Shown here: piece by piece, positions 18,712-26,064 of the stretch
Layout of the letters: every line of letters starts with the position of its first letter
How positions within the stretch are numbered: position 1 is the first letter of the stretch
From: a virus
Length of the DNA: 64,000 nucleotides
Direction: 5' to 3' (one strand)
IMG/VR virus record: IMGVR_UViG_3300045988_127716
Span: 30,446-94,445 of that record
The notes under the pieces: model-generated
The model's input: the letters and a program-made list of their open reading frames with translations, nothing else
Databases searched by the model: none
Told to the model about the DNA's origin: nothing
Position numbers and translations under genes: made by a program

Positions 18712-20544
18712 ATGAAAGTAGAATTAAATAACAAAGAAACAAATCCTTTTTCTGGGTTAAGAAACTGTTTGAAGATTTTCAACAACGGTGGTCAAGGCAT
18801 CACATTAAGTCAAGATGATTTAAATAAAGCCTGGGAAGAGGTAAAAGATAGTAAAGAGAAGAAAGAGATGTTTTTCTCTCTATTATTCTCATTAGGAGAT
18901 ATTACTGCCAGACAACACAACATCTTTAGAGGTCAAAAAGTTGATTCTGGAGGTAATTCTCAAAGGGAAATCTTTTTCAATTGCATGGAGTGGATGAAAA
19001 AGAATATCCCAGATCAGTTCTTTAAATTCATGAAATCTCATTTATTTAATGAGTATACTTGTTTTGATAATCTATTTAGGAATAGAGTTCAAACTCAGGG
19101 TAAGAAGATTATATCTATTAAATCTGTGTTGAATACATCTGATAATAGATATTTCAATGAGTTATTAGATTACACTGAATCTATTATCAAAGGTAAAAAT
19201 CCTTATGACAAGATGCTTGTAGCTAAATTCTTAACTCTTCCTAGATTATCTCCAAGAAAAGAGCATAAACAAATGCTTCCTCAAACTAAAGAATTGATGA
19301 AAGCAAAGGCTAAATTCTTAGAAGAATTATCTAAGAGAATGAATTGGTCTTATAAAATTGAAGGAAATATACTAAACTTCAAAGGATATAGAGAGTGGAG
19401 GAAGGAATACAACTCTACATTAGAATCTGTTCTTTTCAGTACTGGAAAGATTAAAGATTTTGATGAAATTCAGTTCTTAGAATGGTTGGATAGAATCCCT
19501 GCGCAAGCTAGATTCAGAGTGAGAAACAGAATCATGTTTGAGAAAGAGGGGGTATTTAAATATCCTAAACTGAAAGAGTGGTATGAAAAGTGGGAGAAAT
19601 ACAAAGAAGAGAAACAGGCAGAGCAAAGAGTTCTTGAAGAGAAAGTTCGTCAAGGACAGGCTAGTGTAGAGGATAAAGTTAAATTGGAAAAGGTTAAAAA
19701 AGAAGCCAAGGTAACAGTTGGATCTACTAACTTCCAAGAACTTTATAAAGAGATCCTTAGTGGAAGGATTGATAAACTTAAATTGGAGTCTTTTGTGAAT
19801 AACAAAGTAAGTCTTCAATATAATAGTTTAGTGATTATTGATGACTCTGGATCTATGGGTGGTGCGCCTTTCAACTTTGCTAAATTTATTGCATCTGTTT
19901 GTCTTGTTAAAAATCCAGATGATGATGGAAGAAACCTTTTAGGATTCTTCAATTATGACTCTAGACTATATGGAAGTATGGATAGAGCTGGAAGTAAGAC
20001 TCCTAATAGCTTAATGAGATCAAGTGTGAAGAACATTGTTAAGAAACCTTTTGTAGATCCTCATAAGAGTTTCTATGAAAACTATCAAAACATTTCTTCA
20101 TTCTGCCAAGGTGTATTCCAAGGTGGAGGTACTAGAATAAATAGTATCCCAAAAGGATTTGCTGAACAAGCTAATAATAATCCTGTATTATTAGATGAAC
20201 TTATGCAATATCCAGTTTGGACAATTGTCTCAGATGGAGAATGGAATAATATGTATTCTCCAGAAGCTTCAATGAATGAATTCTTCAGAGATTGTGAGAA
20301 TCTTTTAGGATTTAGACCATTTATCATTGCGATAGATATTCAAAATCCTAATTGGGCACATCAGATATTTAAAGCTGATAGATTTACTGGTATAGATAAC
20401 ATGATCTATATTCCAAGTAACCCAGCTCAAATTGAGCAAATTCTTACAAATTTCAAGGACATTGAAATCTTTGATGTCTATACTCCGTTACTCTCTTTAT
20501 ACAGAAGTAATAGATATGATCTAGTAAGGGCTAATGTAATTTAG
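18712..20544 (+). CDS. vWA-domain protein with large N-terminal domain; hypothesised TROVE/Ro60 (Rsr)-like RNA-binding protein
   Basis: 610 aa. Clear MIDAS motif LVIIDDSGSMGG at about residue 377, the position of the vWA domain in Ro60. N-terminal segments LRNCLKIFNNGGQGITL and EMFFSLLFSLGDI recall Ro60 TROVE segments (…FL.FGSEGGTYY… and …PMLFALA…). Permuted tRNA-like ncRNA candidates lie immediately downstream. The vWA call is firm; the TROVE assignment is inference. Confidence 0.45.
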   Translation: MKVELNNKETNPFSGLRNCLKIFNNGGQGITLSQDDLNKAWEEVKDSKEKKEMFFSLLFSLGDITARQHNIFRGQKVDSGGNSQREIFFNCMEWMKKNIPDQFFKFMKSHLFNEYTCFDNLFRNRVQTQGKKIISIKSVLNTSDNRYFNELLDYTESIIKGKNPYDKMLVAKFLTLPRLSPRKEHKQMLPQTKELMKAKAKFLEELSKRMNWSYKIEGNILNFKGYREWRKEYNSTLESVLFSTGKIKDFDEIQFLEWLDRIPAQARFRVRNRIMFEKEGVFKYPKLKEWYEKWEKYKEEKQAEQRVLEEKVRQGQASVEDKVKLEKVKKEAKVTVGSTNFQELYKEILSGRIDKLKLESFVNNKVSLQYNSLVIIDDSGSMGGAPFNFAKFIASVCLVKNPDDDGRNLLGFFNYDSRLYGSMDRAGSKTPNSLMRSSVKNIVKKPFVDPHKSFYENYQNISSFCQGVFQGGGTRINSIPKGFAEQANNNPVLLDELMQYPVWTIVSDGEWNNMYSPEASMNEFFRDCENLLGFRPFIIAIDIQNPNWAHQIFKADRFTGIDNMIYIPSNPAQIEQILTNFKDIEIFDVYTPLLSLYRSNRYDLVRANVI

Positions 20545-20618
20545 TCCTTACTATTAAAATGACTCAATTATTATAAAAAACAATACAGATACTTACAATA
20601 TTATAAGAATCAATTTAT

Positions 20619-20674
20619 GCAGGTTCGACTCCTGTCTTTTGCATTGGCAGAAGTGGCGAAATTGGTATACGCAC
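20619..20674 (+). ncRNA. permuted tRNA-like module 1 (T-arm, then 3' acceptor strand, tetraloop, 5' acceptor strand, then D-arm); YrlA/Y-RNA-like candidate
   Basis: gcagg-ttcgact-cctgt T-arm (20619-20635). cttttgc-attg-gcagaag forms a 7-bp acceptor-like hairpin. Then tg-gcg-aaattggtata-cgc D-arm-like. ACTTACAATA lies 19 nt upstream. Confidence 0.45.
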
Positions 20675-20779
20675 TGGTCTGAAAAACTGGGGAATATAAT
20701 ATTCAATAGTATCTATTTATGACTTTTCTTTTCCTTGCATGATATATTGATACTTACAAGATCAGACAATCTGTAGGTC

Positions 20780-20837
20780 GAGGGTTCGAATCCTTCAAAT
20801 CGCGCGTTTTGCGAATTTAGCTCAGTAGGTTTAGAGC
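20780..20837 (+). ncRNA. permuted tRNA-like module 2 (T-arm, then acceptor-like hairpin, then canonical D-arm tagctcagtaggtttagagc)
   Basis: gaggg-ttcgaat-ccttc T-arm. aaatcgc-gcgtttt-gcgaatt hairpin with 6 of 7 pairs. Then ta-gctc-agtaggttta-gagc. ACTTACAAGA lies about 20 nt upstream. Confidence 0.45.
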
Positions 20838-20920
20838 AATAGACATTGAAGTATCATTCATATAAGAAAATAATGTTTAGAATAAAAATTATAAAGTCAC
20901 TTACAATATTATCATAATTC

Positions 20921-20994
20921 GTAGAAATAACTCAATAGGATAGAGTACAAAACTTATAATTTTGGTGTTCAGGGTTCAAGTCCCTGTTTTTACA
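20921..20994 (+). tRNA. tRNA-Ile(TAT)
   Basis: Acceptor gtagaaa/tttttac, D-arm actc/gagt, anticodon arm caaaa-ctTATaa-ttttg perfect, T-arm caggg-ttcaagt-ccctg. ACTTACAATA lies 15 nt upstream. Confidence 0.75.
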
Positions 20995-21031
20995 GTGTAA
21001 TTATTATAGTGACTAATTTTATATTTTAAGG

Positions 21032-21133
21032 GGATGGTTTATAACTATTAGTAAATTTATATTTACTTACAAAATCATAAACTGTATGGAAAAATTTACA
21101 CCACAAATGTAGATAAGCAGGTTCGAATCCTGC
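21032..21133 (+). ncRNA. tRNA-like element with ~30-nt insertion (perfect 7-bp long-range acceptor pairing ggggatg/catcccc about 95 nt apart)
   Basis: 5' strand at 21032-21038; T-arm gcagg-ttcgaat-cctgc then catcccc-g. The insertion contains the hairpin agtaaat-ttat-atttact followed by tacaaaatc (the ACTTACAAAATC motif). Confidence 0.4.
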
Positions 21134-21170
21134 CATCCCCGCAAAAGCTACTTACAATAAGATTTAAATT

Positions 21171-21243
21171 ATAACAATAGCTCAATAGGCTGAGCAAATT
21201 TCTGGGGAAAATTAGGTTGTAGGTTCAAGTCCTACTTGTTAAT
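21171..21243 (+). tRNA. tRNA-Pro(GGG)
   Basis: 73 nt. D-arm gctc-aataggct-gagc, anticodon arm aattt-ctGGGga-aaatt perfect, T-arm gtagg-ttcaagt-cctac. Acceptor ataacaa/ttgttaa has an A-A at position 1:72. Motif lies 21 nt upstream. Confidence 0.65.
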
Positions 21244-21277
21244 AAATTTAAAAGTAGCTATTTTTATGAATACTTAA

Positions 21278-21688
21278 TTGGACATTATGTATGATATTAA
21301 TAGAATGAAAGGAGATTTATATGTAAATCATTATCTCTATAAATCTCGTAATGAATACAATCAAATAATTGTATGTGAGATATATAGAGACATTCATGAA
21401 CATATAAATTTCACATTCTATATAACTAGCAAAAGAAAGAGGGGATTTCAAGAAGGAAAGATAACTGGTAAAGATGGAATAAAATCTTTAATATGGGCGA
21501 AAAATTGTCTATTAGATTTTATTAAATATGCTAAACATCATTATCCAAAAGATATTATTACAATTTGGGCGACAGATAAAAGAAGATATAAAGTATATGA
21601 GAGAAGTTTAATTCCATTAGGATTTAAGCATGCAAATGATAGATATAGACATTTTTATCTTAAACTTGATGAATATAGTATAGAATAA
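21278..21688 (+). CDS. hypothetical protein
   Basis: 136-aa ORF embedded in the tRNA island. Confidence 0.4.
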   Translation: MDIMYDINRMKGDLYVNHYLYKSRNEYNQIIVCEIYRDIHEHINFTFYITSKRKRGFQEGKITGKDGIKSLIWAKNCLLDFIKYAKHHYPKDIITIWATDKRRYKVYERSLIPLGFKHANDRYRHFYLKLDEYSIE

Positions 21689-21694
21689 TTAATA

Positions 21695-21808
21695 GGGGAG
21701 GTTGAAATGTTGGAATAAGAGTATCAGTTCATTGTGATACTTACAAAATCAAATTAATTTTCGAATAAATTTGGGTTTTATCTTAACGCAGGTTCGATTC
21801 CTGTCCTC
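21695..21808 (+). ncRNA. tRNA-like element with ~35-nt insertion (perfect 7-bp long-range acceptor pairing ggggagg/cctcccc); 3' part contains a Pro(TGG)-like anticodon arm
   Basis: 5' strand 21695-21701. Insertion has the hairpin agtatca-gttcattg-tgatact followed by tacaaaatc. Then ataaa-ttTGGgt-tttat arm, then T-arm gcagg-ttcgatt-cctgt, then cctcccc-a. Confidence 0.4.
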
Positions 21809-21854
21809 CCCACTACGTTTCGTAAGAGCAAATAGTCAGACACTTACAATACTA

Positions 21855-21927
21855 TAAATTGTAGCTCATTGGGTAGAGCATTTGATTTTTAATCAAAGGG
21901 TAATGGGTTCAAATCCCATCTTAGTGT
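21855..21927 (+). tRNA. tRNA-Lys(TTT), copy 1, with non-pairing acceptor stem as drawn
   Basis: Canonical D-arm tagctcattgggtagagca, anticodon arm tttga-ttTTTaa-tcaaa, T-arm atggg-ttcaaat-cccat. But the 5' strand taaattg does not pair with 3' cttagtg. Motif lies 4 nt upstream. Confidence 0.45.
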
Positions 21928-21939
21928 CTATTTTTAAAT

Positions 21940-22011
21940 TGAGACATCGTATAACGGTTAATACATCAGATTTTGGTTCTGAGAATCTAGGTTCGAATCC
22001 TAGTGCCTCAA
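21940..22011 (+). tRNA. tRNA-Gln(TTG)
   Basis: Acceptor tgagaca/tgcctca (one mismatch), D-arm gtat/atac, anticodon arm tcaga-ttTTGgt-tctga perfect, T-arm ctagg-ttcgaat-cctag. Confidence 0.7.
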
Positions 22012-22101
22012 CATTTATTCTTGTTTATTGTTCCATATGTGTTATTGAATGAGTGTATAGGTAGAAATACTTATACACTCTTTTTATTTAAAATTAGTTA
22101 T

Positions 22102-23553
22102 ATGTTATTTAAGAAAGAATATAAGATAGGAGATGTAGTTACATTTTTCCTTAGAGATGGTAAAGAAGAATTTATTGCCACTTTTAAAGTTGAGCTTGAG
22201 TCACTGCCTACAGTATCATTTTATTATTTAAAAGGATTTACTGAAAAATATGGTGAAGAGTGTGGTAGTCATTATTCCACTTGGAATAAAATTCTTTCCA
22301 TGTATGAAAGTTGGGCAGTACAGGCAAGTGAGAGAACTTTAAAAAATCTTGTTAAAGATTGTCAAGATCAAAAGTCATTCAAATGTAATTGTCCTGAGGG
22401 AAGTATATCACCAGAATTCGCTAATCTGGGAGAGTTAAATGTTTTCATTAGAGCTTTTAGATTATTATTAATAGATAAGTACCTTAATCTTTGTTCTACT
22501 TCAGAATCTATACAAAAATTAATAAGCAAAGCTAATGAAAACTATGAAGAATTTTCCTCAACTATTTACAAAGATGCCTTATCTTATAGTCAGGCAAAGG
22601 AGTATTTATACCGGTATGTTACTTATAAAAATTCCATTCAAGAACAACCTATTAATATAATAGGCAATGGAACAATTACAGCATCTACTATATCTCCTCA
22701 GGAATTTACAATTACTCAAGTTAAGAAAGAAGAAGAAAAACCTATTATAAAAGAAAATTTAATTATGAAAGAAGATGTATTATTCTCAAAAGAAGGAAAA
22801 GAAGCAACTTTTGTAAATCCGTTAAACAATATTTTTGGAAATATGTTCAAAGGTATGAATATGCAAGGAGCTAACATCGAATTTGGGTTTATCCAAGATC
22901 AATCAATTGCTATCTCACCTAAAGGAATCGCATTCTTTGATCCAGAAACTCAAGGATACAAAGCATGGGATGCTAATAATAAAGAGTTAGTAGATATGGG
23001 AACTTTTGCTATGCAAGGTATCTTTATGAAAGTTCCTGTGAAAAGAGAAAGTCTTAAAGAAGGAGATATTCTCCTCATCCAAGATGAGTACAGAATCTTT
23101 GATGGCTTTGCTACTAAGACCATGAAATTGATTAATCCTCTTACAGGAGTACAAACTAATAAACAAAAACAAACTAACATTTTGAATTTTAATGTATTCA
23201 TTAAAGTTGTTTGTGCAATGAATCCTTTTGCTAAAGGAACTATGAATGAATTCATGAAAATTAGCATGATGAGTTCTATGTTTGGAGGTCAAGGAATGCA
23301 GGGAATGTTTGGAGGTAATTGTGGAAGAGATATGGTATCTCAAATGTTCCAACTACAAATGTTAAGTAGTCTTTTTGGAAACGGTAAAGGATTTGATCTA
23401 AATTTCGATATGGATTTTGGATCTGTTTTTGATTCAGTGTTAGGAACTGAAGCTACTGAAGAGTCAGAGTTGAAAAAGAAGCTCAAGGCTCTTGAAAAAG
23501 AAAATGCTAAACTCAAAGCAGCAAAAGAAGAATCTAAAGATAAAGAAGATTAA
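22102..23553 (+). CDS. hypothetical protein with Q/M/G-rich low-complexity region and C-terminal coiled coil
   Basis: Listed ORF starts at 22003 but nt 22003-22011 overlap tRNA-Gln. Internal ATG 22102 (MLFKKEYKIGD…) is preferred. …GQGMQGMFGGNCGRDMVSQMFQLQMLSSLFGNG… then ELKKKLKALEKENAKLKAAKEESKDKED. Confidence 0.45.
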   Translation: MLFKKEYKIGDVVTFFLRDGKEEFIATFKVELESLPTVSFYYLKGFTEKYGEECGSHYSTWNKILSMYESWAVQASERTLKNLVKDCQDQKSFKCNCPEGSISPEFANLGELNVFIRAFRLLLIDKYLNLCSTSESIQKLISKANENYEEFSSTIYKDALSYSQAKEYLYRYVTYKNSIQEQPINIIGNGTITASTISPQEFTITQVKKEEEKPIIKENLIMKEDVLFSKEGKEATFVNPLNNIFGNMFKGMNMQGANIEFGFIQDQSIAISPKGIAFFDPETQGYKAWDANNKELVDMGTFAMQGIFMKVPVKRESLKEGDILLIQDEYRIFDGFATKTMKLINPLTGVQTNKQKQTNILNFNVFIKVVCAMNPFAKGTMNEFMKISMMSSMFGGQGMQGMFGGNCGRDMVSQMFQLQMLSSLFGNGKGFDLNFDMDFGSVFDSVLGTEATEESELKKKLKALEKENAKLKAAKEESKDKED

Positions 23554-23739
23554 GATTTAGATAGGAATAATTTTTATGAAAATTTCTTATAAAATTATTT
23601 GGAATTTGAAAATTATTACCTTATCTTTGTATTCATCTTCGATAAGATAAACTGTTGAAAGGAATTTAATAGTTCTAAGTAAATAAAGGATGAGAGTTTC
23701 ATAAAATATTATCATATTTTACTTTAGATCATCCTAAAT

Positions 23740-23814
23740 GGGTTCTTAGCCAAGTAGGTAAAGGCACCTGACTCATAATCAGGAGATACGCTGGTTCGAT
23801 CCCAGCAGAGCCCA
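23740..23814 (+). tRNA. tRNA-Met(CAT), copy 2
   Basis: Acceptor gggttct/agagccc, anticodon arm cctga-ctCATaa-tcagg perfect, T-arm gctgg-ttcgatc-ccagc. Confidence 0.75.
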
Positions 23815-23824
23815 CATATACTAT

Positions 23825-23897
23825 ATAGGTGTAGTTCAGTTGGTAGAACGCTGCATTTGGGATGCAGAGGCCGCTAGTTCAAGTCTAGTCACCTATA
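23825..23897 (+). tRNA. tRNA-Pro(TGG)
   Basis: Acceptor ataggtg/cacctat perfect, anticodon arm ctgca-ttTGGga-tgcag perfect, T-arm gctag-ttcaagt-ctagt. Confidence 0.75.
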
Positions 23898-23923
23898 CAA
23901 ATTTAACCTAATCCAATTAAATT

Positions 23924-24214
23924 ATGAGATATTTATTCATTTTATTAGTTATCCTATTACTAGGTAGTTGTACAATTTCTCCTAAAAGAGAAGAACCAAA
24001 AACTATAGATTCTAAAATAGAATTAATTACTCCTGATACTTGTTTAGTCAGAATTGATGATGGGATGTTTTATATAACCACTACAAATAATGTAATTATG
24101 TACAAAGCAACTCAATATGATTCTGAATTTTTATCAGTGCCTTTATCTGTGATAATTGCCCTTTCTATTATATTTTTATTTGGACTTGTAGGTTTTATAA
24201 CACTATTTAAATAG
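23924..24214 (+). CDS. small lipoprotein-like/membrane protein
   Basis: 96 aa. N-terminal signal peptide with lipobox-like LLGSC, C-terminal hydrophobic helix. Confidence 0.4.
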   Translation: MRYLFILLVILLLGSCTISPKREEPKTIDSKIELITPDTCLVRIDDGMFYITTTNNVIMYKATQYDSEFLSVPLSVIIALSIIFLFGLVGFITLFK

Positions 24215-24320
24215 AATAATACTTTAAATCCAAGTTGGTGGTAAGGACTTTAACATCACTTTGTACATCATTGTATAATAAACCCATGTGAGTAGTATTT
24301 AAAATGGAGGCTCACAAATT

Positions 24321-24408
24321 GGAAGATTGCTAGAACGGTAATAGAACAGTCTTGAAAACTGATGTAACGTAATCATTCGTTGAGCAGGTTCGACTCCTGC
24401 ATCTTCCT
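24321..24408 (+). tRNA. tRNA-Ser(TGA), type II
   Basis: Acceptor ggaagat/atcttcc perfect, anticodon loop ctTGAaa, long variable arm with aacg/cgtt stem, T-arm gcagg-ttcgact-cctgc. Confidence 0.75.
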
Positions 24409-24419
24409 CATTAAATAAT

Positions 24420-24491
24420 GCTCCAATAGTTTAACGGATAAAACAATTCTCTTCTAAAGAATAAATTCTAGTTCGATTCTAGGTTGGAGTA
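24420..24491 (+). tRNA. tRNA-Arg(TCT)
   Basis: D-arm gttt/aaac, anticodon arm attct-ctTCTaa-agaat perfect, T-arm tctag-ttcgatt-ctagg. Confidence 0.75.
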
Positions 24492-24501
24492 CTAGTTATA
24501 A

Positions 24502-24573
24502 GCATTTGTGGTGCAACTGGTAGCATTTCGGATTCCAACCCCGAAGATCAGAGTTCGAATCTTTGCAAATGTG
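24502..24573 (+). tRNA. tRNA-Trp(CCA)
   Basis: Acceptor gcatttg/caaatgt, anticodon loop ttCCAac, T-arm cagag-ttcgaat-ctttg. Confidence 0.7.
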
Positions 24574-24658
24574 CGATTTTACTAAATAAAAATTTTATTA
24601 TAACTTTTCTTGTTATACTTCTATAGTTTCAGTATTTTTGTAGTACAAAATATGTACT

Positions 24659-25144
24659 ATGAAATACGAACATGATTATTCTAAAGAAACATTATCTGAA
24701 ATAGTTTCTAAATGTAGTAACTTAGCTCAAGTATGCAGAGCATATGGAATAACTTCCAGCTCAGGAAACTACAAAACCATCAAGAAAAAGATACAAGAAT
24801 TTAACATAGATATATCTCACTTTACTAGAAAACTTAAAAAAGTAAAGGTATCAGAGAGAGTAAATAATATAGAAGATATTTTAGTAGAAAATTCTCCATA
24901 TCAAAATATTTCTTCCTTAAAGAAAAAGATTTTGAAACAAGGTCTCATGGAATATAAGTGTGCAATATGTGGAATTTCTGAGTGGCTGGGCAATCCTTTA
25001 TCTTTACAATTAGATCACATAAATGGAATTAGTAACGACCATAGACTAGAAAACTTACGACTTGTGTGCCCTAATTGTCATTCACAAACTGAAACATTTG
25101 CGGGAAGAAATGTAAAATTATTAAATGCTTCTAAGACAGAATGA
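24659..25144 (+). CDS. freestanding HNH homing endonuclease
   Basis: 161 aa. N-terminal HTH-like region, C-terminal …CAICGISEW…LQLDHINGISNDHRLENLRLVCPNCHSQTE HNH/zinc-ribbon motif. Lies between tRNA genes. Confidence 0.8.
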   Translation: MKYEHDYSKETLSEIVSKCSNLAQVCRAYGITSSSGNYKTIKKKIQEFNIDISHFTRKLKKVKVSERVNNIEDILVENSPYQNISSLKKKILKQGLMEYKCAICGISEWLGNPLSLQLDHINGISNDHRLENLRLVCPNCHSQTETFAGRNVKLLNASKTE

Positions 25145-25533
25145 ATGTAACAAATTTATCTAAAGAAGAAAGATTGAAGCTCTTTCAAGAGTGGATGGAT
25201 GCTAATAAGAAAGCTAATAAAGAGGGGTATAATCCAGATATAACATCTAAAGATGGATATTATCTTACATTTGGCCATGATTATGATATATCTAAAGAAG
25301 AATTAGAAGATCCTAATTTCTATTTAATAGAATGGGGAGAAAGTTCTAAACTTCCTTATTGGATGAGACAAATGGCTGATAAAATAGGCAAAAGATGTAC
25401 TATAGATTGTTCTGGAGAAACAGGGATATTTTTGGGATTTACAGCTTCTTATGAGGATTTTTATTATAGAATAAAGCTTGATACAGGTGAGAATACATTA
25501 GAAACTTGTGTAAGTAATTTATTATTTGAATAG
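25141..25533 (+). CDS. hypothetical protein
   Basis: 130-aa ORF, 4-nt overlap with the HNH gene. Its stop overlaps the start of tRNA-Ile(GAT) by 2 nt. Confidence 0.4.
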   Translation: MNVTNLSKEERLKLFQEWMDANKKANKEGYNPDITSKDGYYLTFGHDYDISKEELEDPNFYLIEWGESSKLPYWMRQMADKIGKRCTIDCSGETGIFLGFTASYEDFYYRIKLDTGENTLETCVSNLLFE

Positions 25534-25603
25534 GATTATCTTCCAAAGGTTAGGAAACTTGACTGATACTCAAGCAATCATGGTTCGAATCCATGTAATC
25601 CTA
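25532..25603 (+). tRNA. tRNA-Ile(GAT)
   Basis: Acceptor aggatta/taatcct perfect, D-arm ttcc/ggaa, anticodon arm cttga-ctGATac-tcaag perfect, T-arm catgg-ttcgaat-ccatg. Confidence 0.8.
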
Positions 25604-25705
25604 CCCATTAAGTAGTAATACTTGGTGCTGTTCGGAGTTAAGTTGAAAGTGCGCCTCTGCAACCGGGAAATGTTGTAAAACTAATTAGAAAAACTTATCG
25701 CACCA

Positions 25706-25737
25706 TGAGAGGGAGACAGTTGACCTCTCACTTTTTG
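25706..25737 (+). terminator. rho-independent terminator
   Basis: tgagagg-gagacagttga-cctctca followed by ctttttg. Confidence 0.55.
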
Positions 25738-25905
25738 TAAATAGAACTATAAAAACTAGCAACTGTACTGATGAGAGTATGTACAGGACTTTTTAAGTCA
25801 AATCTCTCACTTTGGGGTCATAGTATAAAGGCTATTATACTAGATTATTTAATTTTTATAGGTATATAATTCAGATTGATTAGGATATACATAGATTACA
25901 ACATT

Positions 25906-25977
25906 GGGGGTATAGTATAGTGGTAATTATATTAGTTTTGCACATTAAAGACCTGAGTTCGATTCTCAGTACCTCCA
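25906..25977 (+). tRNA. tRNA-Ala(TGC)
   Basis: Acceptor gggggta/tacctcc (one G-U), anticodon arm ttagt-ttTGCac-attaa, T-arm ctgag-ttcgatt-ctcag. Confidence 0.7.
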
Positions 25978-26064
25978 CAAGTCTAGTATTTAAAAAAGTG
26001 TTGAATTTTGTTTGATTCGAACTAATATGTTCGTATATTTGCATATATCAAATGTGCGAATATT

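Noticed and set aside
19477-19818. Minus-strand ORFs inside large + strand genes (19477-19818, 20085-20327, 22950-23352, 32040-32324, 41839-42174, 44859-45050, 53000-53497, 53945-54223, 35874-36125, 34256-34504, 15425-15634, 14187-14369, 5069-5260, 48221-48421)
   Set aside because: All lie antisense or out of frame within longer ORFs that carry clear motifs or a coherent gene-dense layout. Their F/L/S/I-rich translations are typical of antisense frames in AT-rich DNA.
20571-20860. Interpretation of the permuted modules as minus-strand tRNA genes
   Set aside because: GGTTCGANTCC T-loops read correctly only on the + strand. The reverse complement does not give tRNA arms in canonical order either.
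22003-22101. N-terminal extensions of ORFs 22003-, 26866- and 28540- that overlap tRNA genes
   Set aside because: Each extension overlaps a well-folded tRNA (Gln, Gly, Ser). Internal ATGs downstream of the tRNA 3' ends give plausible starts, so the long forms are taken as ORF-caller artefacts.
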